DNA of 64,000 nucleotides from Octopus bimaculoides (taxonomy: Eukaryota): NCBI RefSeq assembly GCF_001194135.2, contig NC_068996.1, positions 13,594,164 to 13,658,163 of the forward strand, given 5' to 3'. The notes beneath the pieces were generated by a model, which worked only from the letters and a program-made list of their open reading frames with translations, ran no database searches and had not been told where the DNA came from. The stretch's first letter is position 1. The number at the start of each line of letters is the position of its first letter. Shown here one piece after another: positions 51,520-64,000 of the stretch. A program made the translations under genes and the position numbers.

Positions 51520-51720
51520 TTGTCCCCACAACATCGCTTGACAACCGATGCTGTTGTGTTTACGTCCCCGTAACTTAGTGGTTCGGCAAAAGAAACCGAT
51601 AGAATAAGTACTAGGCTTACAAAGAATAAGTCCTGGGATTGATTTGCTCGAATAAAGGCGGCGCTCCAGCATGGCCACAGTCAAATGACGGGAACAAGTA
51701 AAGGAGAAAGAGAAAGAGAG
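51304..51720 (+). mobile_element. Full-length tRNA-derived SINE, family A
   Basis: Head GGCGCAGGAGTGGTTGGGTGGTAAG..GGTTCCGGGTTCAGTCCC with A/B boxes, an internal (TA)(TG) tract and a purine-rich tail. Confidence 0.92.
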
Positions 51721-51966
51721 ATTCCATGACTGAGTTTTTGGTTGAAATTCCTTAGAATCCACGTTCGTGGCATGGGCTTATCTAATTGATCTTGCACAGA
51801 GGAAGAATCAAGTGAGCAGCATTTTTGACTAGTTAATAAATGATAAATCAAATATATACTCTTTCATACATACACATACATACCTGCATTACTGGCTAAA
51901 GTAACTGACCACTGTCTGCTTATTAGGACTATGGTAAATGGCAGTCACAACTGCAACGATCATCAT

Positions 51967-52107
<141 letters not shown>

Positions 52108-53215
52108 CAGGATTATATATTGGTGAAATGAGCCCTTACTGAAATTTTCCAAGAAAAAATAAGTTTGGCATTTGAAATACTCTCTCGGCAGAGGATTAAC
52201 ATCGATCCAAACTACCTTTGAATGTCGTATCATATTCCTTCGGGAACATGTTTTAACCACCAACTGTCGAAGTGCATCTCTTGACAAAGTTTGCATACAT
52301 GAGGCTGATAATATCATAAGACTTGAAAAGCAGCTCCTTGAGCAGCATTCCTTGTCTGATCACCTAAAGTACATGCGCAACGAAGACGCACGACTTTAGC
52401 GCAACGTACCATCAGATGAAAGGATGAGCGTATATCAGCAAAATCTATGCATGCATGTTAGTAGAAAGCTCCGAGATGATAGAAACATTGATCATCAAAG
52501 CAGTCTATCATGGACCAACAACCGGATTACTACCTCCCACTCTGAAGGTTATGCGTTTGCAATGCAGGAAGAGGAAATATCAACCAAACATTTAATGCAC
52601 AAAAGGGACAGAAACGCAGTAAAACCAGCAAAATGTGATAACTGATGAAATTTTTTGTGGAGTTAATACCGAACATATCACCCACACCATAAGCAGTTGT
52701 CCAAAATTTCACCACGGTATTGTCTACCGATGAGACATGATGTTGTAGCTTGGAGACTATATGACGAAATCAGTCGAAAGGATAACTCCGAGGACAAAGA
52801 AATAAGAACCCACAAAAAGGTAGAAGCCATAATAAAAAGGACTATTAGTAGAATGCCCGATTGAAAATCTCAATGAAATGTAAACACAATAGACCTATTA
52901 TAATGATTTAGGATAGAGAAGAGAAACTGCGTGCTATTGCGGAAATCAAATACCAAGCGGCTGTTCACATAAACCGGAATATCAGTGAAAAAGAATGCCT
53001 ACACTAAACTATTGAGAAATTTGCAGTTACTCTATCCAGATTACAGGTTCAGGTTTATATCTGTAATTATTGGGAAACTGGGATATGTAACACACTGCCC
53101 AAATACCAATTTTGAGAAATTAGGCCTCTAAAAAACAAGAAAGAAGAAAGCTAATATAGATCCAAGTCATCACTGGAACTAAAAATCTGTAAATCTTTCC
53201 AGAAGTTAATCATTT
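52108..53215 (+). mobile_element. 5'-truncated R4/Dong-clade remnant (CCHC and REL regions)
   Basis: Reads GRGLTSIQTTFECRII, SHSEGYAFAMQEEEISTK, HITHTISSCPK, RHDVVAWRLYDEISRKD. The end is decayed. Confidence 0.75.
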
Positions 53216-54108
53216 AAGTATATATGAGCATATCTAGATAAGAAAGTATATGAATGAGATATACATTCATATACATAAAAGAAAATATACACATTATATA
53301 CATAAAACAAACATACATATTTGCACGTATCCATACATGCATCCATCCATACATACATCCATCAAACAAAAATACCCGGTTGTTGATATTAAAATTCCAA
53401 TGAAGGAGCCTTGAATCTAGGTTAGATACCGGTTCTTTTTCTATTGGCAAGAAATCTTGAAATACAACTGAATAATGACATACATACATACATACATACA
53501 TACATACATACATACATACATACATACAAACGTATGCATGTATGTTGAATTATCTATATCTACAGATTATCAGTTTTGAATATCGCGCCTGGTCAGTACC
53601 AAAGACCAAATAATTATATTGTATTTAAGGAGCTCGAGATAGAAGTTTTTTGATAACAGTTTTTATCAGATTGGATTACACACTCAGAAAGAGAGTGAAC
53701 GAACTAAAATTATTAAATCAAAGCATTTAGTTCAAAATGGAAATATCTATGAAGAATGAAATATGAATATTGCATAATTTCCCCATATATGAGCTTAAAT
53801 CGGGTGGTTAGATATTGAAATATCGGGAGACAGAGAAATTTTCCATGTAAGTCTATATTTATAATTCTCTGTTTTATATCTGAAATGGTTTCCATGCTTG
53901 TCTCTCAGTCTTCGCTTCTGATTTTAAACTATCACAACCATAATCACACTTACACTAAGAGTATTATGATTGATTCTTAGTCTAATCTTTCCATACTTCT
54001 ATGGTTCTTAGTGGGCAGAAGATGCGAATGTACATACAAACATACATATTACATATCTATACATATATATATATATACATGCATACATTTACACACATTC
54101 ACACACAT

Positions 54109-54408
54109 GGAGGCGCAACGGCCCTGTGGTTAGGGCAGCGGACTCGCGGTCGGAGGATCGCGGTTTCGATTCCCAGACCGGGCGTTGTGAGTGTTTATTG
54201 AGTGAAAACACCTAAAGCTCCACGAAGCTTCGGCAGGGGGGGGGGAACCCTGTTGTGCTCTTTCGCCCCAACTTTCTCTCACTTTTTCTTCCTGTTTCTT
54301 GAGTAACGCTGCGATGGAGTGGCGTCCCAACCAGCTGGGGGGAACACATATCCCATAGAAACCGGGAAACCAGGCCCATGGGCCTGGCTAGGCTTTGAAA
54401 GGGCGACA
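54109..54408 (+). mobile_element. tRNA-derived SINE with a Meta-domain-like body
   Basis: A/B-box head GGCCCTGTGGTTAGGGCAG..GGTTTCGATTCCC. The body CTGCGATGGAGTGGCGTCCC..GAAACCGGG resembles the MetaSINE central domain as I recall it. Confidence 0.7.
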
Positions 54409-54775
54409 AGCTACACACATACATACACACACACATACATACATACATACATACATGCATGCATGCATGCAAGCATACATACATACATACATACATACAT
54501 ACATACATACATACATACATACATACATAAGGAGAATCTAGATATAGTGGGATTTTCTAAAAGGGAAATTGATATTACAAGTGCAATGTGTGAGTGGAAC
54601 AGTAAAGATATGCAAGAGTTTTCTAAAGTGCCATATGTGAATTTGACTGTGTTAACTACATCCCAAAGATGGTACCATGTATCTTTGTTGGAAACCAGCT
54701 CCCTCCTCAATGGAATATTGATAATAATTTAAAAAATAGAAGAGACACATACATACCTACATACATATATATATA

Positions 54776-55112
54776 TGCTTGTTTCAGTCATTAGACTGCA
54801 GTCATGCTTGAGCATTACTTTGAAACAGTTTAGTCGATCATTTCGAGATTACTCCTTATTTTTTCTTGATGTTTGCTACTTATCCTAACGGTGCGTATTG
54901 GCGAACTGCTAACATACAGAAACGTTAACATAGCAGTACCAGTTTTCAATGACCAGAGAGCAAGAACATACAATTATACATACACATAGGACGGGATTTG
55001 GAGCAATTTCCCTCTACCAAATCGATTAATGAGGCATTGGTCGGCCAGAGGGCACTGTAAAAGACACTTACCCAACGTGTCACACAGAGGGACTGAAACA
55101 GAAACGAAACGG
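54776..55112 (-). mobile_element. Old SINE family A copy
   Basis: TGTTTCAGTCATTAGACTGCAGTCATGCT..CCGAACTGCTAA-like..GGCATTGGTCGGCC..GACACTTACCCAA parallels 1314-1695. Confidence 0.75.
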
Positions 55113-56052
55113 TTGTAAAGCAAACTACTTAAATACGCAGCCATACGCATACATATAACAACTTGTGTTTCTCACTCTCTCTCTCTCTATATATATATAT
55201 ATAAATATGTATGTATATATATANNNNNNNNNNNNNNNNNNNNNNNNNNNNNNNNNNNNNNNNNNNNNNNNNNNNNNNNNNNNNNNNNNNNNNNNNNNNN
55301 NNNNNNNNNNNNNNNNNNNNNNNNNNNNNNNNNNNNNNNNNNNNNNNNNNNNNNNNNNNNNNNNNNNNNNNNNNNNNNNNNNNNNNNNNNNNNNNNATAT
55401 ATATATATATATATATATAAAAATATACATACATATGTATCTATACATACACATACATACATATATACACACGCATACACATATAAATACATACATTCAT
55501 ACATATATACATACATACATACTTACAGATTCTACCTGCAGTTTTTCTGGCGAGATCTCAGAATAAGAAAAATGCACTTTGTTTCAATATGTTTTTATCT
55601 TTGATCTGAATTATTAATTTCGTACACACTCACACACTCACACCCACACACGTACGCACAAACACACACGCACACACGCACAAACTTATATACACACTCA
55701 CAAGCAAACAAACAAACACATGTGTATGTATATATATATATAAATATATCTTATCAAAGGATTAAGTCACTTTTGTAATTAAATATCATATTTAATTATT
55801 GGAAATTATCAAACTTCTTCAGGCAGTACATCATTTTATAAGAAATATTTTACGCATTAATTTCAATGTTTTATTTATTCGTCAATGCATATACAACGTT
55901 GCACATTTATTTCAAGTGCTATCTGGAATGAAATAAAGTAATTTTATATATATACAAAACAAATTGCATATTCTGTTTTCTATATATTTGTTCTTGAACG
56001 AAAATACAAGTCACATAGTGACTGTTTGCATCAACTATATACTGTATATATA

Positions 56053-56088
<36 letters not shown>

Positions 56089-56187
56089 TGTATGTATGTA
56101 TGTATGTTTAAATGTATGCAAGTATGTATATATGTATGTATACGTAAGTGTATCATATGCATTTGCATACATATGATTACATAAATG

Positions 56188-56270
<83 letters not shown>

Positions 56271-56489
56271 ATATATATATACATATACTTACACGTACAT
56301 ACATATATTCATATATGTAATATATGATTGATGCAATCGGCCACTGTGCAACTTGTATCTTTATTGAAGAACACACGATCGCACGCAACGAACACACACA
56401 TAACATACATAGACTCACACCCACATGCATACATACATACATACATAATACATACATACATACATACATACATGCATACATACATACAT

Positions 56490-58560
56490 ACACCTGGGAG
56501 AAACCTGATACTAGGCTAGTTCGAAAAGCTCACGTTCTACAGGGAAATTGTTACAATGGACGCTGATCTAGTTATTCCAGATTGGTTAACGTTTATACGG
56601 TCTACGCTTACCCACAAGGGCAAACAGACCCATGTGGCCAAAATCTATAGGTCCATAGAATGCCTAATTCTTACGTATAAACTGTACACAAGTTGTCTCA
56701 AAATATTTCTCCACGGTCAATTTTTGCAAACAGAATTCAGCTACCAAAAGACGTTTTCCAATGTGATAGTCTATTTGTAATGTTGTTTTTACTGGTAGTG
56801 AAACCCTTGTCATCCCTGTTAACAAAATGGAAAGCTACATGCTTAGATATGTAGAAGAGAATAAAATTAAGGTCATCCACACATTCTTTGATGATGACAT
56901 AAAACTATACTCTGGTAAAATGACCAATATCAAGAGACAATTAGAACCAGTCACAATATTCTCGGAAGATATAGGAATGGAGTTTGGGCAAAATAAACGA
57001 TCATATATGACAGTCAATTGAGGAAAGATTGCGGACCAGACAGAGAACATTTACATCAACGGCTTGGCTATCTATGGTATCTCTAATGATGAAAGCTACA
57101 AGTACCTCGCGATTGATGAGAATATTGCATACGTTGGTGCTGTGACTAAAGCCAGAATAACAAAAGAGTACTTCTGCAGACTCCGGAAAGTATGGAACTC
57201 AGAGCTGCCTGCATTTAACAAGACCATATCTCACAATGCTTTTGCAGTACCACTACTAGTACCAACTTTTAAGATATTGGACTGGAACTCGATGAGATAC
57301 GCAGCCTGAACATAAAAGTTAGAAACATACTGGCTACCGCTGGTAAGTTTCACATTAGCAGTGACACCGATAGGATTTATCTGAGTCGGAGTCATGGCAG
57401 TAGAGACATAAGGTTAGTCTAAATAATCTTTGAATGTTGCATTTTATCACTCAGATAACACCTGCTGAGCTGTAAAGAAAGAAATGAATACATTCCATGC
57501 ATACTCAAAAGTGAGAGTAACATTTCCAGAGTTGGAGAACTACTGTACTGTTACTCTGAGAATACAGCTGTCTCATGCCTACCTAAACAGAAGCTTGGAG
57601 GAGTAGCATACATCATATCGACAAAAATCAATGAATGGGGACATATCTCGTAAGCTAGAGGAAAACAACAACATTGGCTGCAACATACGATAATTACATG
57701 ACATCCCACTTAGAAGGATATGCCTTCGCTATCCAGGAACAGGAGATATATTCCTGATAAACAAAAGAGATAACGATACAAGAAAACCTCCACGTTGTGA
57801 TTTTTAAAAATGTCGGCTCTGCTATACCAATGTGGAAGATATCACCTACATCATCAGCAGCTGCTCCAAAATGTCTACAACATATTACCTGCCCCTGAGG
57901 CATGATATAGTTGTAAAGACTATCCAAAGGAAGACAATCCGAAGGAAGACTATCCAAAGGAAGACAATCCGAAGGAAGACTATCCAAAGGAAGACAATCC
58001 GAAGGAAGACTATCCAAAGGAAAGACTGCCCTGATATATACACCAAAGGCATGTCAGAAGCAGCAGGTTTTCACACGTTTAATATAAGGATTACAGCTGG
58101 AATAGCCTTAGAAAAACACCAATTCGGTGCAAACATAATAGACCTGATATTGCTCTATGGGACAAAGAAGAAAAGTCATGCGCTATTGTAAAGTCGGCTG
58201 TCCAGCAGATATGAATGTCCGGGAAAAAGAGAACATTTATGGCAAATTAATACGTAACTTACAACCTTTGTAACCTGACTATGAATTCTCATTCGTACCT
58301 ATTATAATAGGTGAATTAAGTTATGTGCCAACAAATTTGCACAAAAAAAAAATTAAATACTTGGTTTCATGGGAAAAGAGGAAAAGAAACTGATACGGAT
58401 TCCAGTGATACAGTAGAGATTTATAAGACATTTTAGAAATACTTTGTTTCAGATTCTTATATGAATAGATGTACACATTTGGGTGGATGCATCGATAGTT
58501 CAACCAATACACACCAACTCAACCACATACTTTTACAAATACTGGGAACTCTCTTAACTC
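56490..58560 (+). mobile_element. Internally deleted R4/Dong-clade remnant (RT to REL nuclease)
   Basis: Reads PDWLT..YKLYTSCL, HTFFDDDIKLY, DIGMEFG, SYKYLAID, ISHNAFAVP, CSKMSTTYYLPLRHDIVVK, IIDLILL. Confidence 0.82.
57916..58020. repeat. 15-bp units alternating A-B-A-B-A-B-A (AAGACTATCCAAAGG / AAGACAATCCGAAGG)
   Basis: Seven exact units; in frame they encode KTIQR/KTIRR. Confidence 0.97.
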
Positions 58561-58779
58561 AAAATTAAAATAGTTATGTATTACCATTCTCGTCAGTTTA
58601 AAAAATTAAAAGAAAACATCAAAAAAGTTATCAAAAAAAAAAATAGAAGCAAAAACCAAGAGGCTGTGTCGGAAAAGCTGACCGGATATTTGCAAATAAA
58701 TTGTAAAAGGGGAAAAAACAGGAACACGTTAATATATTTTCGAGTCTATCTGTGTAATAAGCTATAACTGTCTTGTTGC

Positions 58780-59150
58780 TTTGTTAGCAACATGTTTGAA
58801 ATCTCTAAAGAAGAACTCAAATGAAACTCAAAGAAAAATCGTACACTGGAGAAATGACTTGCATTGTTGAAGTGGGGGCAATAGGTTGGCTTGGCATATA
58901 TTGTTTATATTTTCGAATATAATCTCTAAAGGTCTCAGTAATTCGTCGGTCTGTTTCTACAATATAAAAGGCGCTGCAAAGGTTGTACATACAATATAAA
59001 GATGGAAGATATGCAACAAAAGTTTTGTGTGATGCAGTATTGCATCTTAGGACTAGTGATGTTTATAATATTGTTACTTTAGGGGCAGTAGTTGCATCGC
59101 CGGCGACCGCATTTATAGGTGCCTGGTTGTGTTGGACTGGGCATTGTGGT
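58780..59150 (-). mobile_element. Penelope-like GIY-YIG endonuclease remnant
   Basis: Reads PGTYKCGRRRCNYCP*..NFCCISS..YCM..LCSAFYIVETDRRITETFRDYIR..QPIAPHFN, matching the PLE CxxCxxxYIGETGRxLxxRFxEH pattern in decayed form. Confidence 0.75.
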
Positions 59151-59404
59151 ACTTCTTTAGTTTCAGAGGTTCCTCCAGTATTCTTCCCTCCCCAAACACG
59201 CTGTCATAGCATTCTCTCAACTCCTTCACCTTCACCGGCTCTGCTGCTGTGGTTCAGGTTTCAAATCACAATGTTAAAGAATGCAGCAATTCTTTATGAA
59301 TCCAGGGTACCTCGATCGGTTGTGCAGCCAACAATCATCCAGTTTCTGGCTGTCAATGCGACACTGCTGTCGTCCTTTTTATGCACTTCTGCAGATCGCT
59401 TTCA

Positions 59405-59416
59405 TCTCTATCTCTG

Positions 59417-59492
<76 letters not shown>

Positions 59493-59726
59493 CTGCTCTC
59501 TCCTTCCACACGATCCTTCTCCTATTGAAGGATAAACTCATTCGCAACATCCGAATCTTACTGACAGGTCCCACAAATTCTCGCCTTCAAAAAGAACAGG
59601 AACCGCGTATCAGAGAGAGATAGAGATAGAGATAGATAGATAGAGAGAGAGAGAGTGGGGAGAAGGTCAAGACAGGGATGTTTACTGAGAGAGGGGGAAT
59701 GACAGACCGAGATAAAATTAGTTTGT

Positions 59727-59778
<52 letters not shown>

Positions 59779-59790
59779 GAGATAGATAGT
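59405..59790. repeat. (CT)n, (GA)n and (GATA)n microsatellites
   Basis: Seen directly in the sequence. Confidence 0.9.
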
Positions 59791-60029
59791 GAGGGAGAAG
59801 GGAGGTTAATATTACCAGAGACAAAACAAACATAAGTTACAGTGATACCAAACAAATTCATTATGATGAAAGAACTTTTTACGCCAGAAATAGAGACTCA
59901 AAATAATGGTGAAAAACGAAGAACATAAGAAAGAATTTTTTCGGTTTAAAACAGGCAAATATAGGTATTACTAGCGTAGGTAGAAATTACTAGATAAAAA
60001 AGAGATATTCCACTGCTGTCGAATGTACA

Positions 60030-60230
60030 ATCTCAACAGCAGAATCGTTAGCATGCCGAGCGAAATACTTGGCTGCATTTCGTCCGTTTCCTCGTTCAGA
60101 GTTCATATTCTGTTGAGGTCATTTTTGCCTTCCACTCTTTCTGGGTCGATAAAATAAATACTGTCTAAACACTGGTGTCACTGTAATAGACTTTCTGGCC
60201 TTGTTTCAAAATTTGAAATTATTGTTCGTA
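60030..60230 (+). mobile_element. tRNA-derived SINE, family B
   Basis: GCAGAATCGTTAGCATGCCGAGCGAAATAC..GAGTTCATATTC..GGGTCGATAAAATAA. Confidence 0.82.
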
Positions 60231-60488
60231 CTATCGGAAAACATACTCATACGCTCGTAAGTTTTCTACTTTAATTTTTGACTCAAAAAATTGTTAATTG
60301 TTTATTTTGTTGCAAAACGCTTGTTAAAACTACCACCATGGCATAGGCTTGGTTTGTTTGTTTGTTTGTTTGCTCGTTTGTTTGTGTGTGCCCCTTTGGG
60401 GACGCAGTTTCAAAAAGAAAATTTTCATTTCATTTTGGAAAAATAATTTTATAAACTGGCATGCGACGTCAGCCTTGCTAAAATAAAC

Positions 60489-61600
60489 ATGGAAGAGAAA
60501 GTAAGAGGTAGCTCTGATAGAGTTGCAAGACACCTTACAGTATTCGACCTTCTACCTTCAGATAGAAGGGGAGGTGAGCTTCAAAGTTCAGTGAAACACA
60601 CTACCATTATGACAGCAAACAGCAGCAGCAGCAGCTACAACGACGACGAAAGAGCACGAGAGTTTAATTCCAATTCTGAATCTGATTTCCCTGCAATAAA
60701 TGAGACGATACCAAAGACATCAACCAACAACAACAACAATAAAACGACAGTCACGACTCCCACCTACTTCACCACCATCACTACTGCAACAGAAAAATTT
60801 ATGATAGAAAAAAATAAGAAAAACAGCAGTAGCCCCGATAACTTAAACGACAACAATGATTCCTATGCGAATAACAAAGACAACATCAGTAACAATACAT
60901 TCGCAACAACGATAGCGAAAAGCACAATGCTGAAAAGAATGGACATCCTACAGAAGGATATATGTCTGGTCCAATCGGTCAAACTGACAAGGCTGGAGAA
61001 AGCGCGAGTGGATATTCCGGAGGTGTTTGCAGAAACACAGAAAACAGTTATTTATAAATGTGCTTTTCTAAGCACAAAGCGGCTGTACACAGTTTGTCAG
61101 GCAGATGTGAAAGGGGCACTGGAAAAGATAATGCTTAATATTCAGAATATCGAGAGAGCAAAGCATTTCGTTGGTATTTCATTTCCGTTCAACACTGAAA
61201 CTCTGGCCATCCAGCACTCCGTGGATCGTGGCCCCCTGCCACAAAATATGTGCTCCACTGAAGTAATTTCGGAAAGAGGACGGTATGGATAAATACCTTA
61301 AGCAGTTCACCGGAGATAAATTTATGGTGGATTTTGGCGTGTATCGTTTTGGAAGTGAATAACAACCCCTTGAGGAGAAGCGGACCCATCGTGAAAATTG
61401 GTTTGGGATCAGTGTGGAAATGCTATTCTATCTTAAACCAAACACGATCTAGAAGATCCTAGATCTCATTCGCCTTGCAAGGGAGGAAATGCTACAAGTT
61501 ACGGCTGAGGGTAGAAAGCTGCAGTATGTCCTGTATTGGGAGACAAGCCTACGTGATTGCTTTCTGCCTCCCAATAGAAGGCAGGGTATGAAAGAATCCC
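60489..61600 (+). mobile_element. L1/Tx1-clade ORF1 remnant; first 267 codons (60489-61292) are open
   Basis: A low-complexity N/T-rich start precedes LKRMDILQ..LEKARVDIPEVF..VIYK. Frameshifted parts follow: ENWFGISVEML, VTAEGRK, and a decayed CX2CX4HX4C knuckle near 61520-61570. Confidence 0.6.
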
Positions 61601-61879
61601 CTTACTGCCAAAACGAGGTCCGCAAAAGCCTCAACAACTCAACCAACAACGACCAGAACAACAATGGCATCATCAACAATAACAGGAAACTCAGCAAAAG
61701 TTGGCAGAATACCACCAGCAATACCAGCAACAACAGCAATAACCAGCAACACCAGCAACATGAACAACACTAACAACACCAGCAGTAGATGCGCCACCAC
61801 CACCTTCAACATTAGAAAGAATATTAATAATGGACACACACAACATCCAGGGGCTCCCTAAACGAAGCTCCTCCACTAC

Positions 61880-62150
61880 CTCCCTCTGTCCGTTTCCTTT
61901 AACCTCATTTTGCCAATTTCTATTTCAAGATTTATATACTTGATAAGTTTTTTATATACATTTATATCGATTGGGACAGTCATATCAATGAGGAGGCATG
62001 ATTTTTGTCTGAAGTCTTTCAGTATGATGTCTGGCCTATTTGAAACTATCTTTCTGCCAGTTAGTACGATAAAGTTCCAGAGGAGTGACATGGGATCATT
62101 TTCAAGCACTGGAGGTGGTTTGTGGGAAAGGTTCAAGTTTTTACAAATTA
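61880..62150 (-). mobile_element. R4/Dong REL fragment, same subfamily as 10765-11990
   Basis: Reads HKPPPVLEND..LLWNF..NRPDIILKDFRQKSCLLIDMTVPIDINV and aligns nucleotide-wise with 11410-11625. Confidence 0.88.
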
Positions 62151-62206
62151 CCCGATGAATAATTGTGCTGTTCTATCATGCGTGTTATTATTATTATTAT
62201 TATTAT

Positions 62207-62970
<764 letters not shown>

Positions 62971-62975
62971 ACAAT

Positions 62976-63240
62976 AAGGCAGCAAGCTTGCAGACCGACA
63001 GCACACTTGGCGAAATGCTTAGCGACATTTCGTCCGTCTTTATGTTCTGAGTTCAAATTTCGCCGATGTCGACTTCGCCTTTCATCCCTTTACCGAGGTC
63101 AATGAAATCGACTTACTCTTCAAACCAAAATTTCAGGCCTTGTACATATAGTACAAAGCCCAAAGTTGACTTAGGTTGATGTAATCGACTTGCCCTTCAA
63201 CTCGAAATTGCTGGCATTGTGCCAACATTTGAAAGCATAA
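62976..63240 (+). mobile_element. tRNA-derived SINE, family B, with a duplicated 3' module
   Basis: AAGGCAGCAAGCTTGCAGA..GAGTTCAAATTTCGCC head, followed by two homologous AATCGACTT-containing tail modules. Confidence 0.85.
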
Positions 63241-64000
63241 TTGCAGTTAGCATTTACTAAGTCGTCAACGTGACATAATTGTTAGTGACGGGGAAAATGC
63301 ATCGCAGTATTCGTTACTGGAAAAAGTACCAGCCTAGGACTGGTATCAGACTAACTGATTAATCCCATGTCTCCTCATAATCACCGAACTTGTGCTTAAA
63401 CTGGAAATAATTATTATGTTATCAATGTTATTGCTAATAGTAATAGTAGAGAGAACTAGTTGCTTAGTCCCAAGTAAGGAGACCAATGTTCAACCATAGT
63501 TGTATTCTGTTCAAACTGTACCTAAGATTAAATGATCCGATGGATTTCTTGTAAGACGATAGGGTATGATATATTGATTTCTAGCAAGTCGAATTACTAC
63601 TTAAAGACTCTTCCTCCGTCGTTGACATGTTATTGATGCATTAGTAGCAGTAATATTATACTACTAGTACAGGTTATAGTGGGATGAAGAGGAAGAGATG
63701 TATTAAGTGTGACATGGAAATCGTCGATCTTTACGAAGTGTGTTGTTAGAATCAATGTCACGAGCTAATGTTCGTTCTACGAGCGTACGATATTCGAAGT
63801 TGAATAGAGCCGAGTCAAGTTTATCAAATCATACACGTAACTGCTAACATACGTGACGAGGGTCACTTTCTTTCGTTAGTCGACTCACTCATACACAAAC
63901 ACCCCACACATACACACACACACATGCACGTACACATGCGCACACACATATACGCACGCACAGTCACATATACATGCATATATATATATATATATATATA

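Noticed and set aside
57916-58020. Regularly spaced short repeats, superficially CRISPR-like
   Set aside because: There are no unique spacers, no cas genes, and the context is eukaryotic. It is a simple tandem repeat.
58983-59528. 181-aa plus-strand ORF
   Set aside because: It is the antisense of a decayed Penelope GIY-YIG region running into a (CT)n tract.

Overview
This is eukaryotic, AT-rich, repeat-dominated DNA from a draft assembly with 12 N gaps, most of them next to microsatellites. The SINE families and the (TA)/(CA)/(GATA)/(TAA) microsatellite load suggest a coleoid cephalopod, probably Octopus (inference from recognised repeat types, not a database search). I found no intact host gene that I can name, and no rRNA, true tRNA gene or CRISPR array. 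Almost all ORFs in the supplied track are translations of microsatellites or of decayed transposons. The window holds about 15 fragments (roughly 13-14 kb by my boundary estimates) of R4/Dong-clade non-LTR retrotransposons, most of them abutting (TAA)n-class microsatellites. It also holds an RTE-type LINE, two L1/Tx1 remnants, a Hero-like 3' end, Penelope-like element (PLE) remnants, several tRNA-derived SINE families and MITE-like inverted repeats. A Tc1 (DD34E), a mariner derivative and a maT-type (DD37D) transposon lie side by side. The most interesting observations are two minimal hammerhead-ribozyme motifs in probable PLE terminal repeats, a mariner derivative built from two 5' ends facing each other, a head-to-head junction of two different R4/Dong subfamilies, a very young near-identical R4/Dong pair, and low-confidence minus-strand exon candidates including two 119-nt, same-phase segments. 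I see no convincing evidence for a wholly new multi-gene system.
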